A stretch of 64,000 nt of DNA. Origin: Amphiscolops sp. MND2022 (taxonomy: Eukaryota). The stretch lies in contig OZ076409.1 in NCBI GenBank assembly GCA_964187785.1, forward strand, positions 82,276,001 through 82,340,000, read 5' to 3'. Below the pieces are notes generated by a model, which made no database searches, was not told where the DNA came from, and worked only from the letters and a program-made list of their open reading frames with translations. The translations under genes were made by a program, and so were the position numbers. Positions 23,373-31,988 of the stretch are shown piece by piece. Position 1 is the first letter of the stretch; the number at the start of each line of letters is the position of its first letter.

Positions 23373-25884
23373 TGTCACAGCCCGCTCCCGGTCTGGCTTG
23401 TGGTTGCAGACGACTGAAGATCGGGAGAGGTCACGGAGGCAATCTGAGATTCCCCAGATCTTACTTCAACTGGTAACTTTAAAACCTTACCCTTAGAATA
23501 AACTGTGACTAAGAACACGAAAACAAACGTCCAACTCACGAAAAGTTTAAACAAAAATGAGAACTGAAATTAAAATTGAAATAAGATGATTTCACGCACA
23601 TCCGGTAGGACGTCCTTAGTGCGTCAAAATAGAAACATTCGCCACCTGAAAATTAAATTAAAACTCGCAGTGAAATAAAGACCATAGACCGATCTAAATA
23701 GAAATATACCCAAAACCACCGTTGAAAAAGGACATTATCTGAATCTAAAATAGAAACTACATTGAGATGACACATTGAGTTATTCACTCCTTTTCTAAGA
23801 AAGGCAGCTTAATTGCACTTTGAACAGCAATTAGTGCGGATTAGGACGTCGGTACTGCGCTAAGTAAACAAAATAAAGGATACATGTATATTAGATGTCG
23901 GTAAGAAGCAGACTTGAAAGTATATAGCGTGACGTCACCGTTTCGTCCACGCTCACTAGAGAACCATTCCAATTTACCGCCTATATTAGAGACACTACTT
24001 GAAATCATTCCAATTTTCCGCCATAGTGACGTCACGGTATTGCTTTTCTCGGCGAGGACTAATTCTACTTCAAATTTACGTCCGCGTTACGTCCACTATG
24101 TTGGACCAGGCCTAATACTAATACGTACGTCCACGGTACGTCCAAATTCCATCAAGACGAGTTGTTTTAATCCACCCAGAAGTTATGATGAATATCAATC
24201 AAATTAAATTAGTGCTAGGAATGCGTTTAGAGTATTTGGTGTTCCAACAAAATAATTAAAAGGGAATTTGGAGTCCCATGCCACGTTTTCGTCAAATATT
24301 TCCTTTGCCGGATAAATTTTACTCCAAAACTTAAGTTGAAATGGAAATCCCAGTATAATGTAGGTGAAAGTCACAGTTTATGGGCATGACGAAAGTAATT
24401 CGATGATATTTTCATATTGGAAATATATTTTCATACATTTGTACTTTTGTACTGCATAAAGTGCGTGCTACAACCTTGTTGTTTAATTGGACGTCGGTAC
24501 GTCGTCACCCCCTAATCAGAATGTGCATTATTCTAACCCTAACGTGGATGAATCAAGAGTAAATGTTTGTATTACATTTGTGCGTTCTGTAGTGAATGGA
24601 ATCTGGTGTTAGAAGGTTTTGAACTCTTGCTTGTTCAGAGATTCCATGAAGTGCCGTCCTCATACCGTCAGATGTTTTTGTTCAAGATTACTATTTCATG
24701 TACAAGTTAAAATCTGTTGACAGAGTATTATGCATATTTACCAAATAAGCGCTAAAATGATATTAGACGCTATTTGTAAGTGAAGTATTAATAAATTTGG
24801 ACAAAAGTCTGAATTAGACAACCTAGTCCATCAATCCACCAAACGCCAATGTGTCGTTGCTTTATTTTGTTAATCGTTAATCATTTAATTTGAAACTAAT
24901 TTGAGATTGTTGCTAATTCTTTGAGCTTGTTTCTCCTTCCTCTTTAGCATCATTGGAAATTATAGGGCTGAAAACATTAGTCATAGCATTTTTCTCGAGC
25001 AAAATATCAAAATTCAGGCATTAGTTGTTCATGCCGGCGTCATCTCAGCGTCAATTTCCCGCGAACCAAAGCAGTAAAACAGGGAATCATTTCCGGTTTG
25101 ACAGACTGAAGTAATATCTACTTCCTGCTTGGGAGGAAACAAAAGGACGCCGAGCTGAAATAATATGATTACGGTTGATGACTAATGCTAGATTAGGTTT
25201 GCCGTGTCTTAAAATTTGACGGAATGTCAGCGCAAATTTGGGAACTTCGTGATTTTTTCATCGATAAAACAGGAAATGACTAATTGTTCGAAGGAAATTA
25301 GGGATTATGATCGTGATCAAATGATGCTAGGAGGGTATAAATATGATAGGATTTGATGATTGGGGGACTCAGTCCTTAGTAATTGTACAATTCAGTCGAA
25401 TTCTCAATTTCACTCTCACCTTATTCTACTTTTGTCAGAAAATATTTGAAAGAAATTCAATTCTTCAAATCCAAACTTTTCTACAAAATGTCTACAACAA
25501 GAAGCCAAAAAAGAAGAAATGATCAGCAAAGCACCAGTGAGAACGTAAGTGAAGGCTTGATTTCACCTATAGTGGTAGGAAATCCTTGTCCTTTGAACCG
25601 GGACGATGAGGTAGCGGGACCTTCCAATCCAAAATCCCCCCGGATTGAGAATAGTCTCTTAGAAAGTTTGAGAGCCTCTTTGAAAGAGGAAAAAACTTCG
25701 GAAATTAAGAATCTTCTTATCGAATCCCAGAAGGAGATGTTAAAACTCTTGAAACCTGAAACAAGGGGAATCATTAGGGAAAATACCGAGGAGGAAGTAG
25801 AAGAGGAGTCTAGAAACTTTTATACTCCCACAAAATCAGTAAGAATAAGTTCTACTCAAAACGACCCGATAATATGTCGTAACA
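23373..25884 (+). repeat. 5' LTR (2,512 bp)
   Basis: Direct repeat of 37049-39560 at a constant offset of 13,676. Confidence 0.98.
25336..25373 (+). promoter_or_regulatory. LTR core promoter: TATA box plus initiator
   Basis: TATAAATA at 25336-25343 and TCAGT at 25369-25373, ~30 bp downstream. The TATA context is conserved in the related LTRs at ~20892 and ~70 (minus strand). Confidence 0.6.
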
Positions 25885-26927
25885 TGGTGACAGGAGTCCT
25901 AACCGATTCCACAAACCAGCCGAAAAGAACGAAAGCCAGGTCTCAGAGCCAACCGCCGTCAAAAGAACGTCCAGTAGCGGCAAGGACCTTATTTGCAACA
26001 GATAAAAATGATGGCACTACTCTGCCCATGCCAAAAGCACTCACGGCGTCACTCCCGACCTTCGACGGAAAGTCGGAAAAATTCGAGCTTTTCGAAGACC
26101 TTTTTCGCAATAATATCAAAATGTATCCACACCTTACGGAAATCCAAAAAATAAACTACTTCCACTCCCTCCTCAGAGGAGATGCCTTACAAGCATTTTG
26201 TAATATCGAAGACACGAAAAAGGATTCCCTTGATGAGATCATGACGATTTTCAAGCGACGTTTCGGAGACTATTTGTCTATGGCCAAGGCAAGATGCGAA
26301 TGGGACGAGCTCAAATTCGATCCCTCCAACCCAAATCTCCACGAATTTCTGGATGTACTGCAAAAAACAGCCAAAGAAGCTTTTGGCTCTGAAGCCCAAC
26401 AATTTATTGATAAGGCGATCTATGCAAAAATGCCAGACCATGTAAAGAAAATATTAAATAGAGCGTACCTTGAAGACAAACCCTATAATGACATCGTACT
26501 GCATCTAGAAAGGGAAATGAGACTTAACGGCCTTGGGGCGCCAGATGAAGTAAACCTGGTACCACTAAACAAAGTAGAACCGGCCCCACCAAACACTGAG
26601 TCCAAACAAGCCGACAACACAACGCAAAACACCAAGAAAGGGTATTGTTTCTACTGCAACAAATTTGGACACTACAAAGCGGAGTGTAGGAAAATGAAAA
26701 GAGATAAATGGATGCAAACCAAGAAAAACAATGGCCAAACCGGCAACAGTTCAGGAAAACCACTTAAATGCGATACCTGTGGAAAACCCCACAAAACAGA
26801 AAACTGTTGGAACGGAGCTAACTCGGCAAACGACCCGAGACCTAAACGACATCACCAACAAGAAAGGAAACAAGATAACTCTGCACAACAGCTGACAAAT
26901 CAAGACGCGGATGAATCAAAAAACTAG
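25488..26927 (+). CDS. gag: Gag (479 aa from ATG 25488), beginning inside the LTR
   Basis: Capsid-like LPTFDGKSEKFELFEDLF...LLRGDAL and two zinc knuckles, CFYCNKFGHYKAEC and CDTCGKPHKTENC. The ORF-track start at 25383 is a TTG; the first ATG is at 25488. Confidence 0.92.
   Translation: MSTTRSQKRRNDQQSTSENVSEGLISPIVVGNPCPLNRDDEVAGPSNPKSPRIENSLLESLRASLKEEKTSEIKNLLIESQKEMLKLLKPETRGIIRENTEEEVEEESRNFYTPTKSVRISSTQNDPIICRNMVTGVLTDSTNQPKRTKARSQSQPPSKERPVAARTLFATDKNDGTTLPMPKALTASLPTFDGKSEKFELFEDLFRNNIKMYPHLTEIQKINYFHSLLRGDALQAFCNIEDTKKDSLDEIMTIFKRRFGDYLSMAKARCEWDELKFDPSNPNLHEFLDVLQKTAKEAFGSEAQQFIDKAIYAKMPDHVKKILNRAYLEDKPYNDIVLHLEREMRLNGLGAPDEVNLVPLNKVEPAPPNTESKQADNTTQNTKKGYCFYCNKFGHYKAECRKMKRDKWMQTKKNNGQTGNSSGKPLKCDTCGKPHKTENCWNGANSANDPRPKRHHQQERKQDNSAQQLTNQDADESKN
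25885..25897 (+). other. Primer binding site (tRNA-Leu-like)
   Basis: TGGTGACAGGAGT directly after the LTR; one mismatch to the common tRNA-Leu PBS TGGTGTCAGGAGT. The tRNA identity is inferred. Confidence 0.7.
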
Positions 26928-26973
26928 ATACGCCGCGCCTGCGATTCGGGGAAACCGTAGCCGCGAGGGCGTA
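26918..26973 (+). promoter_or_regulatory. -1 programmed ribosomal frameshift signal (gag to pol)
   Basis: Slippery heptamer A_AAA_AAC (26918-26924) just before the gag stop, followed by the GC-rich stem-loop TACGCC...GGCGTA. The -1 frame is open from 26918 into pol. Confidence 0.85.
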
Positions 26974-29900
26974 CTCATCAACAGATCCCCCCATCACCTA
27001 TACAAACGACTCAACAGAAGGGTGTGACGACACACCAACGGTAGATCGGCTAAGACGACAAGCACTTGCTTCTATAAAAAGACCCTATCCACAAACTGAA
27101 CCAGCAGAAACCTACACTCACGACAAAGACTACAGGGACAACCCTAAACAACAAGCAAATCGTCCCACCAGCTTACCCCCCATCAATAGAGAATTCTCTG
27201 CTACAAACCAGGTAGAACAAAATGAAAGCGCCTCCGACGACCGCCCAGCGTCACAACAAAACGAAGGAGTTAACCACGACTCCACCAAAACACTTCTACC
27301 CCCAGACAATTTTCCAATGTCACTTAACTCAATCAAGGAATACGTAGCCGAAAAGGATGGAGAAGCATATATACCTCTCCACTCCACTATAGTCCTCAAG
27401 AGCAGAAGGAGAATGCTGTACTTGCCACTAGAATTCGGCGAAATAACAATGGACGGACTTGTCGACTCAGGTGCGTTCATCAATGCCATGTCCTGGTCAG
27501 ACTACAACGCAATCAAAATGAACAGTGATAGTTGTGTCATAAAAGAATACCCTCAACCTCCCTTCAAGATTGAATGCGCAAACGCACAACTAGAACAACC
27601 AATAGCAACAGCGGACATCCAGTTCAATATTGGAACATATACCTTCACGGATACCTTCGTCATCCTATCGAAAACGTCATTCCCCATCATAGGACTGAAC
27701 TTCATTAGAAATCACCAAGCAGTAATCGACACTGCCAACGGAACCATCAATTTCCCGCACGTCGAAATGACGCTAGCCATGACGGACGAGATGAAAAAAT
27801 GCAACCCGAAACCGCTCCAAATAATGGCAGAAGGAAACCAAACACTACCGCCCCAACAAACAACAACAGTGAACGCAATAGTAATAACCACAAACATGCA
27901 TGACGTCACTGGTGCGGTACAACCACTACCACAATTTGATGAAACAGCAACAATCATTGTTGCACCAGCTCTGGCGACAGCCCATAACAAAAGGCTCAAC
28001 ATCAGAATCGCCAATCTAACGGATTTCCCACATACAATAAAGAATCACACAAAACTGGCAGAACTACAAATCCTCAAACCTGAGGACACGAAACAAATCC
28101 GACCAGTTGACGCCGCCGCACTCAAATTGTTAGAAGACCCCGATGACACACACATGTACATTAACGAACTTATGAAATCAAATGAACACGAACAAAACGA
28201 TGAAAACCTCTGGTTCCCCACACCCGAGAACCCAGGGAACGAAGAAGAACATACGCCAATCCAACGTCGGATCTTGAAGGAAATCCGTGAACTCATCCAA
28301 AAGGAAAACTTGGATCCAACCAAAGACCCAGAATCAAGACAAAAATTCCTTGACATGTTCCAGTGGGAAGGATCCCAAATCGAAGGTAATGACAGACAAC
28401 AACTTGAGCAAACAATAGTCGAATACAATGACATCTTTGCCCGCCATCGCCTTGACATCGGAATCAACAATAGCTTCAAAGTCAAATTAACTCCGAAAGA
28501 CGACCGTCCTATTTACACGCAAAGCTTGCCGGTACCAATCAATTTGAAAGAAGACCTAACAGTCGAATTGGCGCTAATGCACAGGTACGGCATAATAACG
28601 ACCCTACCATTTTCAAAGTATGCAAGCCCAATTTTCGCACAGAGGAAACCAAATGGCAAACTGCGTCTACTTGTCGACCTGCGAAAAATAAACGCATTAA
28701 TCTCAGACGATTACATCAACAATAACCACCCAGTCAGCACCCTGTCAGATGCAGCCCAACATCTAGCTGGGAAAAAATTGTTTTGCAAACTAGACTGCTC
28801 ACAGGCATATCATTGCCTACAGATGGCAGACCAAAGATCAATCGAAATGCTAGCCTTCAACTTTGCAAGCAGAACGTTCGCATACAAACGCCTAGCACAA
28901 GGATTGAGCAGAGCCCTGTCGGCATTTTCAAGCTTCATGCGAGAATACTTGGATAAAGTAATCAAAGCTGATCAATGCGCACAGTACGTGGACGATATCG
29001 GGATAGCGGCCAATTCCGTGGCGCAACTGATACGCAACATTCGAGCAGTTTTTGAATGCATCAGAAGGGCAGGACTCAAATTAACCATCGAAAAATGCCA
29101 TTTCGGAGTAACCGAGGTCGAATTTCTTGGAAGAACGATCACACCACAAGGAATCGCCCCGCAAGACCATAAAATTCAAAAATTCCTAGCAAACGTGAGA
29201 TTTCCAAAATCCAAGAAACAAGTACAAAGATACATCGGTTTCGTCAATTATTATCGCAACTACATCCCGAGATTGTCTGAGAAATTGCTCGGGTTCTATG
29301 AACTACTGAAAGCAGACAAACAAATCAAGGTCACAGAAGAACTACTTGACCATTACAAAGCTATTAACGCAGCATTGGCACAAGCTTGCGGCTTAGCACT
29401 CAAACAACCAATCACGGGACGACAGTACGTCCTAATGACGGACGCCAGCTTCCGAGCCTCTGGCTACGCCCTAATGATTGAGGAAGACAACGACAAAAAA
29501 CTCAATTCGAAAAAGAAGACATTTGCACCAGTCGCATTCGGATCAAAGGTGTTCTCCCCGGCTCAAATCAAAATGTCAATTTACTGCAAGGAATTCCTAG
29601 CGATCTATCACGCCTTCCTTGAATACAGCCATATTCTATGGGAAACAACCCTACCAACCCTCGTGATGACCGACAACAGATCGGTAACCCGTTTCTTCCA
29701 AACAAAAGCAATCCCGCCCACTCTGTGGAACGCATGTGATTACGTACTACAATTCAACTTCCACATAATGCACGTCGCGGGTACGCAAAACACGGCAGCC
29801 GATTTTTTGTCAAGAATAGATCTCAATCCCAAAGAAAGAGTTGAACTAAAAATCAGAGAGGATATTACTATCAAGCCCATTCAAGTGAATCTCCAATCAA

Positions 29901-31852
29901 CGGACGTCGCAGACGAGGAACAACTTTTCTTCCTCCCAGATGAAACAATTGAAACGGAAGAAGAAATTCTACTGCAGAAAGAGCAAGCTAGACAAAATGC
30001 ACGCGACGAGGAGACGACAAAAATCAAAATAGCCATCAAAGAAACCACACCAATCCCAATAAACAAGGCATCTTATACCTTTGGGGCAATAAAGGAAGAT
30101 GCACGTATTAGAGTCGAGCAAGACTCGAATTTGGTTTTCAAAGCAATCAAAAAGAAGTTGATATGTGAAGAATACGACAAACACCTTCTGCAGACTGATC
30201 CGACTGCCAAGCGCCTCCTAATCCACGAAAACAGACTAATAGTAAAAGATGGAGTACTAATGCGCAAATATTACGGGGAATGTGGTCAAGTCACTCACCA
30301 TCAAATTCTAATCCCCGAACATTTAATCACAGAACTCTTGAAAGCAATTCATGGACAAATGGGGAAGCATCCAGGAATCACAAAAATGATACAAGAATGC
30401 CGATCAAAATACTACTACCCAGGATTAGCAAAGAAGATTAGACAGTGGGTAATGCAATGTGAAGAATGCATCAAATACAAACGAATCAACAACAGCCAAA
30501 TCCGACCAAAAATGATCAACAATACGGAACATGTCTTAGGACCAGAAGATATCCTAGAAATAGACATATTGCCGAATTTACCAAACTCTGCGGGATACCA
30601 AAACATTGTCACGATGATTGATGTCTTTTCGCGTTATCTATTTGCATATCCAACGCAGAATGTCACAGCGAAAACAATCGGACGATGCATTGTCGACGTT
30701 ATGACAAGACATGCATACTTGCCAACACTAATCCTATCAGACAAGGGCTCACAATTTCGATCAGAAGTCGTCACAGAAATAGCCCAAATACTCGAAATTC
30801 AAATCAGCCACGCATCTACGAAGCATGCACAAACAATCGGAATTCTGGAAAGAACGCACGCTTCAATCAAAACTGCCCTAAAAATATCAACGGGTGAACG
30901 ACGCTCAATGTGGCACAAATATGTCCAAATCGCAGTAATGAATTACAATACAACATACCATGAAACTCTGGGCTGCGAACCATCTACAGTATTTCATGGA
31001 CGTATACCTTACAACGTTCTCGATTTAAAATTAGGCATCAAGCCAAAGTGGAAGACCACCCCCCACTCGGATATAGCAGAACAACTCCAAAAACAAATAG
31101 ACGAAGTGAGGGCGACGGCGAAAGACAACATCATGCTGTCCTATCTCAAATACAAAAAATACTACGACCGCAAAGCGACTGCAGCTCCCTTAAAAATCAA
31201 TGACTACTGCTACATACTTAACCCGAAAGCCGACAATCAATCGACAAAGTTTGCGTTTCAAGATTGCATCTGGACAGGACCGTATGTAGTGATCAAAGTG
31301 CTTTCGAACAACAACTACACAATACGAAAACTTGGCACAAGATATACACAAACACTACACAGAATTCGCATACGACCTTATGTGACGGAACAACGCTTGC
31401 CCGACGTCACAGTACGAGCCAATGATTACCTTCCTGACCCAGAAGTTAAAGTCTCACACAATGAATGGTATGCGGTATCATGGGAAATGGATTTTGGAAA
31501 GCAGATTGATGAACACGAATCGCCGGAAAACACAAGAAACAACCATAACGTAGAAATACAAGAAATGGCAAATACGGACGTCGCAGCGCCGCCGTCTCCG
31601 GATTTTTCAAACCTTACAACAGACGTGGGGGATAACCCATACATACGACGCCCCCCACCCATTGAAAGTCCACCTATTCCCCCAAGATCACCGCCTACAG
31701 CTGTCGGATACAATCCAAGGAAAATAGCCAAATACAACTTACGACCTAACCCTAAACCTAAAGCTAAGCCTGACTTCAGACGACTTGACGCTATAACTAC
31801 GATGATGGAAGACCAAAAAGTATCATCGGGAGTCCAGACCGAACCGATCTGA
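26918..31852 (+). CDS. pol: Pol: aspartic protease, reverse transcriptase, RNase H, integrase (translated as a Gag-Pol fusion)
   Basis: GLVDSGA (PR); LRLLVDLRKIN, LDCSQAYH, QYVDD (RT); MTDAS...TDNRS...ADFLSR (RH); H-x5-H...CEEC, SDKGSQF, ILERTH (IN). The frame is stop-free from 26918, 133 codons upstream of the annotated ATG at 27317. Confidence 0.97.
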   Translation, partial: KKLDTPRLRFGETVAARAYSSTDPPITYTNDSTEGCDDTPTVDRLRRQALASIKRPYPQTEPAETYTHDKDYRDNPKQQANRPTSLPPINREFSATNQVEQNESASDDRPASQQNEGVNHDSTKTLLPPDNFPMSLNSIKEYVAEKDGEAYIPLHSTIVLKSRRRMLYLPLEFGEITMDGLVDSGAFINAMSWSDYNAIKMNSDSCVIKEYPQPPFKIECANAQLEQPIATADIQFNIGTYTFTDTFVILSKTSFPIIGLNFIRNHQAVIDTANGTINFPHVEMTLAMTDEMKKCNPKPLQIMAEGNQTLPPQQTTTVNAIVITTNMHDVTGAVQPLPQFDETATIIVAPALATAHNKRLNIRIANLTDFPHTIKNHTKLAELQILKPEDTKQIRPVDAAALKLLEDPDDTHMYINELMKSNEHEQNDENLWFPTPENPGNEEEHTPIQRRILKEIRELIQKENLDPTKDPESRQKFLDMFQWEGSQIEGNDRQQLEQTIVEYNDIFARHRLDIGINNSFKVKLTPKDDRPIYTQSLPVPINLKEDLTVELALMHRYGIITTLPFSKYASPIFAQRKPNGKLRLLVDLRKINALISDDYINNNHPVSTLSDAAQHLAGKKLFCKLDCSQAYHCLQMADQRSIEMLAFNFASRTFAYKRLAQGLSRALSAFSSFMREYLDKVIKADQCAQYVDDIGIAANSVAQLIRNIRAVFECIRRAGLKLTIEKCHFGVTEVEFLGRTITPQGIAPQDHKIQKFLANVRFPKSKKQVQRYIGFVNYYRNYIPRLSEKLLGFYELLKADKQIKVTEELLDHYKAINAALAQACGLALKQPITGRQYVLMTDASFRASGYALMIEEDNDKKLNSKKKTFAPVAFGSKVFSPAQIKMSIYCKEFLAIYHAFLEYSHILWETTLPTLVMTDNRSVTRFFQTKAIPPTLWNACDYVLQFNFHIMHVAGTQNTAADFLSRIDLNPKERVELKIREDITIKPIQVNLQSTDVADEEQLFFLPDETIETEEEILLQKEQARQNARDEETTKIKIAIKETTPIPINKASYTFGAIKEDARIRVEQDSNLVFKAIKKKLICEEYDKHLLQTDPTAKRLLIHENRLIVKDGVLMRKYYGECGQVTHHQILIPEHLITELLKAIHGQMGKHPGITKMIQECRSKYYYPGLAKKIRQWVMQCEECIKYKRINNSQIRPKMINNTEHVLGPEDILEIDILPNLPNSAGYQNIVTMIDVFSRYLFAYPTQNVTAKTIGRCIVDVMTRHAYLPTLILSDKGSQFRSEVVTEIAQILEIQISHASTKHAQTIGILERTHASIKTALKISTGERRSMWHKYVQIAVMNYNTTYHETLGCEPSTVFHGRIPYNVLDLKLGIKPKWKTTPHSDIAEQLQKQIDEVRATAKDNIMLSYLKYKKYYDRKATAAPLKINDYCYILNPKADNQSTKFAFQDCIWTGPYVVIKVLSNNNYTIRKLGTRYTQTLHRIRIRPYVTEQRLPDVTVRANDYLPDPEVKVSHNEWYAVSWEMDFGKQIDEHESPENTRNNHNVEIQEMANTDVAAPPSPDFSNLTTDVGDNPYIRRPPPIESPPIPPRSPPTAVGYNPRKIAKYNLRPNPKPKAKPDFRRLDAITTMMEDQKVSSGVQTEPI

Positions 31853-31988
31853 CAATTTCAATTCTAGACTTACTACAGTCTTTCAAACTTTTTCTTTTAC
31901 TATGACTCCATAATAATACTACAACTGAATACTTATACAAAATCAATAAAAACACACAAACAATCAAACAAAGTTCAATTCAACAAAT

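Noticed and set aside
23841..24207. Short ORFs in LTR U3 (duplicated at 37517-37883; similar NLRPRYVHY peptide at 964-1149)
   Set aside because: The similarity reflects a conserved DNA motif in related LTRs. Starts are non-ATG and there is no evidence of coding constraint.
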